Below, one piece after another: positions 39,016-53,100 of a DNA stretch of 64,000 nucleotides (within the stretch, counting starts at the first letter, position 1; each line of letters opens with the position of its first letter). This DNA is from Eledone cirrhosa (Eukaryota). A program made the translations under genes and the position numbers. The stretch lies in the NCBI GenBank assembly GCA_964016885.1, contig OZ024747.1, positions 47,182,001-47,246,000 on the forward strand, in the 5' to 3' direction. The notes under the pieces are model-generated. The model made no database searches, was not told where the DNA came from, and saw only the letters and a list, made by a program, of their open reading frames with translations.

Positions 39016-40868
39016 TTATTTTGGGGGTTAAACTTGTTTTGTAAGCAAATAAAATAATCTATGCTGCAGACATCATTCCAATGAATGATCCAGTTGACTT
39101 AGAGGTCGATGTTTGGTATCTGTACGATTCTGTACCACCCGACTCATCAAAAACTATCTAATTGATTACTAAGATACTTTAACCTATGCTCACGGATGAG
39201 CTCTTTCCAACTTAGGTTTAGCGGCACTCCTGCGCACTCTGCTCAGTGAAACTGTCTGATCTTTTACCACATTGATGAGCCCCTCCTCCAAATTAGTTAT
39301 CTGATCATATCTGAGGCCACTTAATAAACCCTAACCCTGTACTTCCTCCTCGGAGCCATATAATTAACTATAAACAAAAGCACATAAGTGAAAACATCAA
39401 TTTAGTTAAATTTATTTTACTTTTATTTTCTTTTAGCTTTGAATCTTATCTGAAATTGCTTCCATATATGGGCCATAATTCATAGTTAATATTCTAACTC
39501 TCAGAGTTAATAACATTTAAGAAATGTCATAGCATCTTTAACAATAAACAAGTGCGTTGAGCAATTAAATATCAACAACCGGGTTTCCTCATTTACCTCA
39601 TGTTTGCACACTTAGCTTGATAAGGGATTCGACAATTCCGTATTTTGTTCGTCAAGACATGTGGTCACGTGTTACATTTAGATATAGAACAAAATCGAAG
39701 ACTATCTATTTTTTAAAACAACGAAACCAGTGAAAATGTTGTTTCAACAATGAAATGAAATTGAAGACATAATGAAACAGTGTTATAAAGATATATAAAT
39801 TTACACATTAAAAGAGAAGTTTATAAAACATTAATAAAACATTTATAGAAGTTTAGATTTTAACAGGTCCCCCTAGCTGCTATTAAAATGTCCAGATGCC
39901 GTTTATTCTGGCAATAAAGGAAACTACGTCATACCTTAACCTACTAGTCATAAAAATGGAAGAACACGTTGAATAAAGACGTAATAGTCATGACCAACAT
40001 ATCATCATAAGTATAGCTTCTGCTAGCGTAAAAAACACAAGCGCGGGGGGTCATATGGGGTCGTTTTCCCTACTAGAAATAACAGCCAAATTCTCTGAAC
40101 TCGCTCTCTACAAGACTAACAAAAGAAATATACATTCTCTAAGTAGTTACTTAAGCGAGTATCTGCTCAAAATGAACTTATCTAGGACGAGATAACCACA
40201 TCAGAAATAAAACATCAAAATTATAACACAAACGAGGGTGCCTGAGAAAATAACAGACCCTTAAATAGTCTTTTGACATGATAAAAATAGCAACAAAATT
40301 TCTTCTCCCTCAAATCATATCCCCACTGTCTTAATACGAGAAAGATATATTATATGTTGTAGTCTTCGATTTCCCACTCCCTTAAAAAGATGGTATAACA
40401 ACGGCTGGAATGCCTTTGATCGTAGGTCGGCTCAATCAAATCTCTCCTGGGGCTAAGTCACAACAACACCTGAAGGATACAAGCAAGTAGTAAATAAACA
40501 TCTATCACGAAAAAAAAAAGCAGAGAGACAGAAACGGAAATATAAATAGAAAATAAGTTCAGTTTAAAAACAACAACAGCAACAACAAGAATTACTTCGA
40601 AAATAGCATTATTGTTCACGGTTGCTTTATTTACCATCGGGTTTGACAACCCGCTGATAGTCACGTTAAGGAGTTAGGACGAATTATAAGTAATCATATA
40701 AAGATAAAGGGGCAACACATATAGAAGTGGGAAATGGAAACTATATATACTTATATAAGAAGCTGGAGAGGAAAGACTGGAAGGAAAAAAAATAATTAAG
40801 GAAAAACCATGAAGAATCAAAATCAAGCACAAGGTTGAAAACGTACGTAGAATATGTCTGTATATTTA

Positions 40869-40946
<78 letters not shown>

Positions 40947-41516
40947 AGTGTGCTTGTGAATGACATTGTATATTTTACAGTAACTGAAAGGCTAGATGTG
41001 TGTATGTTTGTATGTATGCATTGTATGTGTATGTATATATATATATGTATATATATGTGTGTGTGTATATATATATATATACAAACATACATAGATCTAT
41101 GTATAGTCAAACACACATGTATATGTATATGTATGTATGATTGTATATGTATGTATGATTGTATGTATGTATGTATATATGTGTATATGTGTATATGAGT
41201 ATATAAGTGCTGTTAAGATTTTAGACAAAAATAAATACATATTGAACTTTTCGCTTTCTTTATTCGTGAACGTTGCGTGAATGTCTGGGAGAGACTTCAA
41301 CTTAAATATACTTCTATTCTATTATATAAGCGTAAATAACAAACCATATATACATATAAATACACACAAACGCACACACTATATATATATATATATATAT
41401 CCACGTTCTGACTCAGTCACATAAACAATTTGATCGTTGGATACATGATTCGGTTCTCTGTTGTCTGAGCTCAAATACCCTCCAGATCATTTGCGATACA
41501 TCCTATCGGGTTGATA

Positions 41517-41554
<38 letters not shown>

Positions 41555-41566
41555 TTGTGTGTGTGG

Positions 41567-41600
<34 letters not shown>

Positions 41601-41810
41601 ATGTGTGTTTGTGTGTGTGAGCGTGTGTCTGCGCGTGTGTGTATTAGAAAAATACGAGGAAGTTTCGTTTACATGTATAAGATTTTTATTGTGTATCACC
41701 TGTTATGTGCGTTCGCAGAGGATTGACTCAAGGTCACCCATAGGCTTTATGGACCCGACTCCATTATCGATCTGCTCATCAAACTGGCGATGTGACATAG
41801 AGTCACCTAT

Positions 41811-41851
<41 letters not shown>

Positions 41852-41854
<3 letters not shown>

Positions 41855-42043
41855 AAAATGTATGACCCGACGGCAGAGCTCAAGCCGTTTCGACAGCTAT
41901 TTCTGTCCAGAAATATCCGTCGTAACGGATTGAGCTCTGCCGTAGGGGTCATAGATTTTCCTTTTACCCACTCTACTACCCTAAGTATTGAGTAATCTGG
42001 TGCGTTATGGTCCATCTGGTTCCTTACCACACCTCCCTCGTTA
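41852..42043. mobile_element. Fold-back terminal fragment related to the PLE at 53098-56093
   Basis: Inverted arms 41852-41900 / 41920-41962; 41920-42043 is a diverged reverse complement of 53098-53225. Confidence 0.7.
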
Positions 42044-42055
42044 TATATATATATA

Positions 42056-42325
42056 TAAAATACAATATGTTGAAAAGGTAACACACCAGAGAGAGATATA
42101 CAGTGCGCTATCAATAAAACAGGGAAAAAACCACCAGTGTATGGAATCTATAACCTATGAAAGGCAGAGTATAGACACGATAATTATTGATAGCGCACTG
42201 TATCTCTCTCTGGTGTGTTACCTTTTCAACATATTGTATTTTAAAGAACTCGGGATTTCTTCTCCTTTGAGCACATTATTTACAGGGAATTGCGAGGGTC
42301 TATGGCTCCGTTAATGTATCGTGAT
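42056..42325. mobile_element. Fold-back pLTR-like fragment
   Basis: aaaatacaatatg...gcgctatcaataa (42057-42117) inverted at 42184-42242; (TA)n-flanked. Confidence 0.55.
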
Positions 42326-42539
42326 ATATATATATATATATATAGTAATAATAATAAATTTGAAGACTAAAATCCAAAGAGGGCTCGACAAGGATAAATA
42401 TATATCAGATATATAAGAAACGTAGAGCAAATATTTATTAAAATAACAGATTAAAGTTTAAGCAAAGAATCGCTGCTTTCACCCTTAACCTTAAGGGTGA
42501 AAGCATCGATCTTTGCTTAAACTTTAATCTGTTATTTTA

Positions 42540-42603
<64 letters not shown>

Positions 42604-44005
42604 CTGGCTGTTTATTGCCCTAACATAAAAGCCAAAATAATTGTGATTCCTAACCAAAGCAATCCGCCACCTCAAGCAAATATTGTCCATATACGTAAAC
42701 TGAACCTGACGCATAAGATATATACCACATATGACATAGCGTAAAACGAATCACATCTCTTAGAACTACAGCCAAAACTCTTCCACCAGCTCAACAAGCC
42801 AACTGACACCAAGTACATATATAAGTATTGACATATAATACGAACACATTAGCATTGTTGCTGAATCTACGGCATAATTCCACGTAGCAAATTTTAATTA
42901 ATAAAGAATAAAAAAAAAAAACCATTTCGTGAAGGCATCGCCATTTTCAAATCATTGTGTATCGGTGTACTTTGTCTTGTTGTTGTTGTTGTTGTTGTGA
43001 TTATTGTATTGGTGGTGGAGGCGCAGGTGATTGTAGTGGTATTGTTGATGGAGGTAGAGTTGGATGTGGTGGGGTTGAGTAGTAGTAGCACTGGTTGTGC
43101 AGTTGTTGAAGGTGGCGTTAGTGGTGGTGTAGTTGGTTTTAATTTCAGACATTAATTCCACAGTTTACATCTTGACTATTTTTTCTTCGCCCCCAACATC
43201 TCCAACCCACACGCCCACCCACCCACCCATCTTCTTTGCTTATGTCTTGTCTAGTTCGTGTCTCCGATCATTAATATAATAAAACGTCACCAGCATATGT
43301 CGGTTCCCATGACATTAAAAATCTATATTAATAACGAACAAATCTATGTCTAATTCATGTATCTTTGTATGTACGTAACTATGTATATATATATACACAC
43401 ACACAAATATACAAACATAATAATATACATACACATAAACACGATATATATGTATATATACATGTGTGTGTGTGTGGATATATATATATATATATATCCA
43501 CTCATTTAATTTTGCTCAGCGTATGTATGTGTACCATGTATATTTCTTTCCCTCTTTCTCTCTCTCATATACATGTGTGTGTGTGGGGGGGGGGATGTGT
43601 TTGTCTGGGCATGTGTGTGTGTGTTTGTGTGTATGTGTGTGTATGCGTGCGTGTTTGTGTATGTGTGAAAGACAATGAAATCAAGTTGTCGTCGCATCGC
43701 ACGGTTGACAACACATGACCTGGGGAGGTCATAATGAAAGAGAAGTAGGGGAGTATGGTTTCGCCGAAAGCTAGTAGAAATTTTAATTAGGGCCATAGTG
43801 CTTGTCTGTAATTATTTAAGATCAAATAGTGATAAAATTAATTCTTTACAGGCGTCCACTTTCATTAAGCCAAAAAAACAAACAGTTTATTTGTTAATAT
43901 CTTATTTACTGGCTGGAATTTATGATTAGTAATGATAATTTATATATAAATGACATATATATGGTAAAAGGGAAGGGGAATCATAAAGAATAAAAGAAGA
44001 GAAAC

Positions 44006-44099
<94 letters not shown>

Positions 44100-44508
44100 C
44101 TCAGATGAAGGTGAAATATATAGTAATTGGGAAGCAGTTAAATATTTAAATAAGATAGGGTTTCGCATATGTAATACAATAAGCTAAAAATGTATTAACT
44201 GAGAATATAAAAAGACATTTTAGTTAAAAACTCCTTCTTGGGGTGCTTAAATTAATTTTTAAAATAACAATTCGTAAAGAGATAGTCCCTGAATATCAGT
44301 TGCTTGACATGTTTAGATATCACAGCAAATGCAGATTGGATTTGGTATTTGAATATAACTGGTGAAAGTAACACACATTTCGGTCTTGTTAGACCTGATC
44401 ACAGAAAGATATTATATATATTTATAACTGATTCGAAGGACTCGTCAAGTTTTCTGGAGTATAATATCAATGATATTAATAAATGGAAACTATATTTATA
44501 AAACCATA

Positions 44509-44660
44509 TTTATTCTATTATATATATTTCAAGGGTACTGACTTGACTCGTTAAGATCTCCTTCCTGGATATGTCAATATTTATAAAACGAACTTTGTAT
44601 TTTATCCGATGAGAGCGTAAAAGGTTTTGGAACCCTTGAAATATATATAATAGAATAAAT
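44509..44660 (+). ncRNA. HHR-like motif (CCGATGA variant) in a fold-back pLTR-like fragment
   Basis: ttat-CCGATGA-gag...ctt-GAAA-tatata-TA-atag at 44602-44653; 44509-44536 is inverted at 44632-44659. Confidence 0.45.
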
Positions 44661-44698
44661 ATGCTTTTATATATATAGTTTCCATTCATTAATATCAT

Positions 44699-44758
<60 letters not shown>

Positions 44759-45003
44759 TATTTATATATACATATATATTATTTATATATATGTACATAT
44801 ATATATTATTTATACATATATACATATATATATATTTATATATATATATATATTATTTATATATATACATATATATATATTATATATATATGTATGTATA
44901 TATTATTTATATATATGCATATATATATTATTTATATATATACATATATATATGATCTATATATATGTATGTATATATTATTGATATATATGCATATATA
45001 TAT

Positions 45004-45710
45004 TGGAAAAAATGAAACGAAATTTCATTTTCCACTCTTAGTACGGCTGTTACTTAAATATAAGTATGTATACGTACATACATATATGTATACAGACGTA
45101 CAGTAGTATGTATATATATATATATATACATACATGCACACATATATATATTTACGTATGGATTCACCGAACATTTATTATAATGCTTGGTATGTTTGTA
45201 AACAAACATCCCGTATTAAGCCGTAGTGTCTAGCAACCATCGTTGCTCGTTTGTTAAACACTGACAAAGGAACACTGTACTAGTTTTAAGCTTATTAGCT
45301 ATCGTCAGCAACGTATACCTTCCTGCCAGATGATTGAATGTCTGAAAGTATATACTTTCCTTATGCATATTAACGGCTGAGCAGCCTAATTTGCATATCG
45401 AGTGGGTTAATCGGCCGGGTGAACCGAAAACGATAAACTGAAACTTCATTTCCCAATCTTAGTGACGATAGCTAATAAGCTTGAAACTAGTACAGCGTTC
45501 CTTTGTCAGTGTTGAACAAATGAGCAACGAAGGTTGCTAGACACTACGGCTTAATACGTGATGTTTGTTTACAAACACACCAAGCATTATAATAAATGTT
45601 CGGTGAATCCATACGTACATATATATATATGTGCATGTATGTATATATATATACATACTACTGTACGTCTGTATACATATATGTATGTACGTATACATAC
45701 TTACATATAT
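45004..45710. mobile_element. Diverged family A relative: a full minus-strand monomer followed by an inverted partial copy
   Basis: Homologous to the 466-bp unit; minus HHR 45273-45313 (GAAA mutated to AAAA); strand switch at ~45462 inside the CTGACGA box. Confidence 0.8.
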
Positions 45711-45940
45711 ATATATTATTTATATATATACATATATATATTATCTATATATATATATATTATTTATATATATACATATATATATGTATATATATACATA
45801 TATATATGTATATATATATGTATATATCTATATATATATATATATATATATACATATATATATTATCTATATCTATATCTATATATATATTTTATTATTT
45901 ATATATATACATATATATATTATTTATATATATATACATA

Positions 45941-45978
<38 letters not shown>

Positions 45979-46106
45979 TATATATATACATATATATATT
46001 ATTTATATATATATATATATATTATTTATATATATACATATATATTATTTATATATATATATATTATTTATATATATATATATATGTATTATTTATATAT
46101 ATATAA

Positions 46107-46293
46107 GGGCGGCGGATTGGCAGTATCAGTAGAAGGGTCGGACGCCATGCTTTCCAGCATAGTTACGTCCCTTTACGATCTAATTTCAAATCCCGCCGAG
46201 GTTGACTTTGCCTTTCATCCTTACGGGGTCGATAAAATAAAGTACCAGTAATACACTGGGTTATTGCTGGCCTTGTGCCTAAAGTAGAGACAA
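46107..46293 (+). mobile_element. tRNA-derived SINE, full length (duplicate at 50616-50802)
   Basis: ggcggcggattggcagtatcagtagaagggtcggac...ttcaaatccc...gtagagacaat. Confidence 0.88.
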
Positions 46294-46530
46294 TTATTTA
46301 TATATATATATATATTATTTATATATACATTCATATTATTTATATATATATTCATATTATTTATACTTATATATATGTATTATTTATATATATATATTTT
46401 ATATATATATATACATATATATATTATATATATATAATATATATATATATATACATATATATATTATATATATATAATATATATATATATATTTTATATA
46501 TATTATATATATATATATATATACATATAT

Positions 46531-48225
46531 ACCTAAATGCCATAACACAGCAATTCACCATAATAAACTTAACACTAGAACTAGAAATACCTTAGCATAT
46601 AGCCAGATTCGCCGGAATGTTAGCAGTAACAGCACCTACACTGGGAACTTTAATGGTGGCAGCGACCTGCTCCCCACTCCAAGTAGCAAACTAAGAATCA
46701 ACCCTAGAATAGGAATGAGAAATGGGATGACAAATAACAAGGTAACAATAACCCTAGAAAGGCCCCTACCAACTCCACTAGAACCCCTAGAAGGAATAGA
46801 CCTTGAAATATCACCTGGCTTAACCCCACAATCTCATCTAATCTAGCCACTAATATCCCTAAACGTTTCTTCTCTATCCTATCTAAACATTTGCCCCCCC
46901 CCCCACCATAGATATTACAAACTCTTTAATAAAATTAACATTAAAATCTCATTCTCCACAACACTTAACCTAGCTAGCCACATCGCATTCAGTCACCATC
47001 ATAAACTAAGACAGTATAACTCCCACACCGCGGTACCACCACCCCTATCAAATACACCACACCACTACACCAATAATTACTCTAGTAGCACACATTCCCC
47101 ATCTAATCCTTCTAGCACTGACCAACCGCTTAGGTTAAACTCCCCTACTCTCACTAACCGCAGAAGCAACTGCAACTGCCGTTACCCTAATGCATGCCCA
47201 TTAAATGGATACTGCCTGACACCCAACATAGTCTATAGGTGCACGGTTAAAACTGCTTCGAATACCAGCTCTTATATCGGGTCTACCTCTAACCCTTTTA
47301 AGGTACGCTATAACGCACACTCTTTTTCCTTCCGAGAGCCTAGCAACAGATTTTCGACATCTCTAGCTAGGCTCATTAAAAACCTTAAATTAAGCAACAT
47401 TGAACACTCACTAAAATGGGATATCGTAGCTAGGGCCCAACCGTTCAATAGACGAAGAAAATCTTGTGATCTCTGTATTACTGAAGCATATTACATAACT
47501 CTATCACGACCTCTACCGATTAACGATAGAACGGAGGTAACTATTAGCTGTCAACATCGAAGGGCTAATTCCTTCGCCAATAGAATATTTGACCCAACAT
47601 AGTCATTTAGCCCCATTTTCACTTGTAGCTAATAAGTTAAATAGCTATAACTAACTTAGATAATTATAAGTTACCTCCCCTACATTGTCTCTCAATTAAA
47701 ACATTTAAAAACTAGCACTTAACTATATACTACCCACAATTTCTAATCTCTTGAGGAGTTACTTCCCCTGAAACCATCCTCTAATTAGTAAGGTAAATAT
47801 GTTCATTGGCGGCCATCTTGTTACCCATAGGCAGATCTCACACAATGCAGCCTCGACAGATGAATACTGCTTGATTATGGCTGACAACTGATACAACCAG
47901 GACACCATAGTGAAACACCAATATATGGAACACTACATTATGTAACATTCTCTCCTTATTTTAATTTATATTCCTTTGAAGTTCCGATGAGCCGCTCAGT
48001 TTTTAAATGTTAATTATTCTCAACTGAACAGATCAATAATGATATATAGTCATCTGATCCAGAAATATTATATGGAGTAGCGAAACAATTGTAAACGGAC
48101 ATTATTATTATTAATATTATTATTATTATTCTCTACATTCCTTACATCAAACTAAAATATGTTGACAATCTTTTAATAATGTCTTCCTTGTGAAATTTGT
48201 GGTCTTGTTTTGCTTAACTAATGAA
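46531..48225 (+). mobile_element. Neptune-like PLE 3' half (GIY-YIG + 3' UTR), copy 1
   Basis: NITWLNP, YYKLFNKINIKISFS, CNC...CPLNGYC..NIVYRC...YIGST..FK.RY..H; HHR-like motif at 47981-48096. Confidence 0.88.
47981..48096 (+). ncRNA. HHR-like motif with long stem II, CCGATGA variant (copy at 52501-52616)
   Basis: gtt-CCGATGA-gccgctc...gagtagc-GAAA-caattg-TA-aac. Confidence 0.55.
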
Positions 48226-48557
48226 TATATATATATATATATATTATATATAGATAATATATATATATATGTACATATATATATTATATATATATATAAT
48301 ATATATATATTCATATATATATTATATATATATATATAATATATATATATATTTTATATATATATAATATATATATATATATTTTATATATATATATTTT
48401 ATATATATATATATACATATTTTATATATATATATATTTTATATATATATATACATATATATGTATATATACATATATATATATATACATATATATATAT
48501 GTACATATATATATATACATATATATATATGTACGTATATATATATATATATATATA

Positions 48558-49910
48558 TAACGAAGGAAATGTGGTAAGGAACCAGGTGGACCATAACGCA
48601 CCAAAGTACTCAATACTTGAGGTAGTAGAGTGGTAATAGGAACCAGTAAGACCCCGACAGCTGAGCTCAAGCCGTTTCGACGGCTAATTCTGGACAGTAA
48701 GACCCCGACAGCTGAGCTCAAGCCGTTTCGACGGCTAATTCTGGACTAAATGAAAATTTATCCTGGTATTTAAATAGCCGATCTTCTCAAGGGGTAATTC
48801 CATATATGGTCAAAGTGATTGTCAAAAATCAGTAGTAATTCTGTGGTTACAAATTAGTAGGGGAGATGGTTGCTAAACCTGCCAGTAGGAGAAAGAGGGG
48901 AGGGGGTGGAGTAGACCCAATCAAGCGTTGGTAGTGCCAGCTACAGCTGGGCATGAGGTCAAAGAAGATACAGGGGAGGGGGAGGGGGAGGAAGTCGGAA
49001 CGGTAGGTACAACAATGGGGGGTAGAAATATATAGGAACGAAAAAATACTGAGAGTGAAGAAAAGCAAATAAGTGTAAAGAAAAAAGTAAAGTAAATTAA
49101 ATTCTACGACCTAGGTCTCTAGCTACTGTTAGGCTAGAATAAATAAATAAAGAAAGAAAGAAAGAAGTAAAGAAAGAAATAAAGAAATAACGAAATAAGT
49201 AAAAGAACTAGGTGGGACGGAATAGGCGAGGACCCTTTTAAGAGGTATAAGTACGTAAATGATACGGTGACGGGTCAACAAAAGGGGCCAAAATACTAAA
49301 GAGACTACCACGAAATAAACAATAAAGGTTTCCACACCGGGCACAATGCCAGCAACCACCCAGTGCAGCAAAGTGAACTTGTACGAGATAATAATTCTGA
49401 GTCCCGAGAAAAATATATACTAGTGCTAACTCTAAAAGATCTAAAACAAGCTACATGAAAGTTCGTACGAAGTAAAGGTAGAATACGGAAAAATAAATTC
49501 AGAATCCACCCCGCCCAAAAGAAAAGCGAAGAAAGAAATACTGAAACGAAAAAATAAGGCATAAGTGCCACTAAGAAATATAGAGGGCACAGAGAATAGT
49601 GGGAGCGGTCGGAAAAAGGGGACAAGTATCCGGGGTCTAAACCAACTGCTATAAAGGGCGGAGTCCGCCAAATCTATCATAGACTAGGGGAGGGGTGGGG
49701 GTACTAAGGCTACAAGGGGCCAAAGGGCAGCCTCGGGTGGGCGAGAAAAGACGCCGACAAAGGAGAAGAGCTGGGGTAGAAGGACTAAGGAGAGAGGGGA
49801 GAAGGAAATAAAGGAAGCGATAAAAGAATACAAAGAAGATCTTACGTCTCCCTTGGCAAGCAGGGGTTACCCATTGCAAAATCGGCAAGTGGGGTGTTAT
49901 AGCTCTAGTC
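48558..49910 (-). mobile_element. Duplicated 3' UTR/pLTR of the PLE at 53098-56093
   Basis: Near-identical to 53098-54400; ends at the ORF stop. Confidence 0.85.
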
Positions 49911-50447
49911 TAAAACGATAAACGGGTGAACCGAAAACGATAAACGGAAATTTCATTTCCCACTCTTAGTGACGATAGCTAATAAGCTTGAAACTAGTAC
50001 AGCGTTCCTTTGTCAGTGTTGAACAAATGAGCAACGATGGTTGCTAGACACTACGGCTTAATACGTGATGTTTGTTTACAAACACACCAAGCATTATAAT
50101 AAATGTTCGGTGAATCCATACGTACATATATATATATGTGCATGTATGTATATATATATACATACTACTGTACGTCTGTATACATATATGTATGTACGTA
50201 TACATACTTACATATATATATATTATTTATATATATACATATATATATTATCTATATATATATATATTATTTATATATATACATATATATATGTATATAT
50301 ATACATATATATATGTATATATATATGTATATATCTATATATATATATATATATATATACATATATATATTATCTATATCTATATCTATATATATATTTT
50401 ATTATTTATATATATACATATATATATTATTTATATATATATACATA

Positions 50448-50485
<38 letters not shown>

Positions 50486-51039
50486 TATATATATTCATAT
50501 ATATATTATTTATATATATATATATATATTATTTATATATATACATATATATTATTTATATATATATATATTATTTATATATATATATATATGTATTATT
50601 TATATATATATATAAGGGCGGCGGATTGGCAGTATCAGTAGAAGGGTCGGACGCCATGCTTTCCAGCATAGTTACGTCCCTTTACGATCTGATTTCAAAT
50701 CCCGCCGAGGTTGACTTTGCCTTTCATCCTTACGGGGTCGATAAAATAAAGTACCAGTAATACACTGGGTTATTGCTGGCCTTGTGCCTAAAGTAGAGAC
50801 AATTATTTATATATATATATATATTATTTATATATACATTCATATTATTTATATATATATTCATATTATTTATACTTATATATATGTATTATTTATATAT
50901 ATATATTTTATATATATATATACATATATATATTATATATATATAATATATATATATATATACATATATATATTATATATATATAATATATATATATATA
51001 TTTTATATATATTATATATATATATATATATACATATAT

Positions 51040-52745
51040 ACCTAAATGCCATAACACAGCAATTCACCATAATAAACTTAACACTAGAACTAGAAATACC
51101 TTAGCATATAGCCAGATTCGCCGGAATGTTAGCAGTAACAGCACCTACACTGGGAACTTTAATGGTGGCAGCGACCTGCTCCCCACTCCAAGTAGCAAAC
51201 TAAGAATCAACCCTAGAATAGGAATGAGAAATGGGATGACAAATAACAAGGTAACAATAACCCTAGAAAGGCCCCTACCAACTCCACTAGAACCCCTAGA
51301 AGGAATAGACCTTGAAATATCACCTGGCTTAACCCCACAATCTCATCTAATCTAGCCACTAATATCCCTAAACGTTTCTTCTCTATCCTATCTAAACATT
51401 TGCCCCCCCCCCCCCCCCCCCCCCACCATAGATATTACAAACTCTTTAATAAAATTAACATTAAAATCTCATTCTCCACAACACCTAACCTAGCTAGCCA
51501 CATCGCATTCAGTCACCATCATAAACTAAGACAGTATAACTCCCACACCGCGGTACCACCACCCCTATCAAATACACCACACCACTACACCAATAATTAC
51601 TCTAGTAGCACACATTCCCCATCTAATCCTTCTAGCACTGACCAACCGCTTAGGTTAAACTCCCCTACTCTCACTAACCGCAGAAGCAACTGCAACTGCC
51701 GTTACCCTAATGCATGCCCATTAAATGGATACTGCCTGACACCCAACATAGTCTATAGGTGCACGGTTAAAACTGCTTCGAATACCAGCTCTTATATCGG
51801 GTCTACCTCTAACCCTTTTAAGGTACGCTATAACGCACACTCTTTTTCCTTCCGAGAGCCTAGCAACAGATTTTCGACATCTCTAGCTAGGCTCATTAAA
51901 AACCTTAAATTAAGCAACATTGAACACTCACTAAAATGGGATATCGTAGCTAGGGCCCAACCGTTCAATAGACGAAGAAAATCTTGTGATCTCTGTATTA
52001 CTGAAGCATATTACATAACTCTATCACGACCTCTACCGATTAACGATAGAACGGAGGTAACTATTAGCTGTCAACATCGAAGGGCTAATTCCTTCGCCAA
52101 TAGAATATTTGACCCAACATAGTCATTTAGCCCCATTTTCACTTGTAGCTAATAAGTTAAATAGCTATAACTAACTTAGATAATTATAAGTTACCTCCCC
52201 TACATTGTCTCTCAATTAAAACATTTAAAAACTAGCACTTAACTATATACTACCCACAATTTCTAATCTCTTGAGGAGTTACTTCCCCTGAAACCATCCT
52301 CTAATTAGTAAGGTAAATATGTTCATTGGCGGCCATCTTGTTACCCATAGGCAGATCTCACACAATGCAGCCTCGACAGATGAATACTGCTTGATTATGG
52401 CTGACAACTGATACAACCAGGACACCATAGTGAAACACCAATATATGGAACACTACATTATGTAACATTCTCTCCTTATTTTAATTTATATTCCTTTGAA
52501 GTTCCGATGAGCCGCTCAGTTTTTAAATGTTAATTATTCTCAACTGAACAGATCAATAATGATATATAGTCATCTGATCCAGAAATATTATATGGAGTAG
52601 CGAAACAATTGTAAACGGACATTATTATTATTAATATTATTATTATTATTCTCTACATTCCTTACATCAAACTAAAATATGTTGACAATCTTTTAATAAT
52701 GTCTTCCTTGTGAAATTTGTGGTCTTGTTTTGCTTAACTAATGAA
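51040..52745 (+). mobile_element. Neptune-like PLE 3' half, copy 2 (open GIY-YIG segment 51400-52122)
   Basis: Duplicate of 46531-48225. Confidence 0.88.
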
Positions 52746-53054
52746 TATATATACATATATATATTATATATAGATAATATATATATATATGTACATATAT
52801 ATATTATATATATATATAATATATATATATTCATATATATATTATATATATATATATAATATATATATATATTTTATATATATATAATATATATATATAT
52901 ATTTTATATATATATATTTTATATATATATATATACATATTTTATATATATATATATTTTATATATATATATACATATATATGTATATATACATATATAT
53001 ATATATACATATATATATATGTACATATATATATATACATATATATATATGTAC

Positions 53055-53097
<43 letters not shown>

Positions 53098-53100
<3 letters not shown>

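Noticed and set aside
39060-39490. Possible host exons (cag|ACATCATT...; ttttag|CTTTGAATC...)
   Set aside because: Only acceptor-like signals; no convincing donor, open frame or recognisable protein.
46107-46200. SINE heads as tRNA genes
   Set aside because: A/B boxes are present but there is no cloverleaf, and each head is fused to the common SINE body in about 13 copies.
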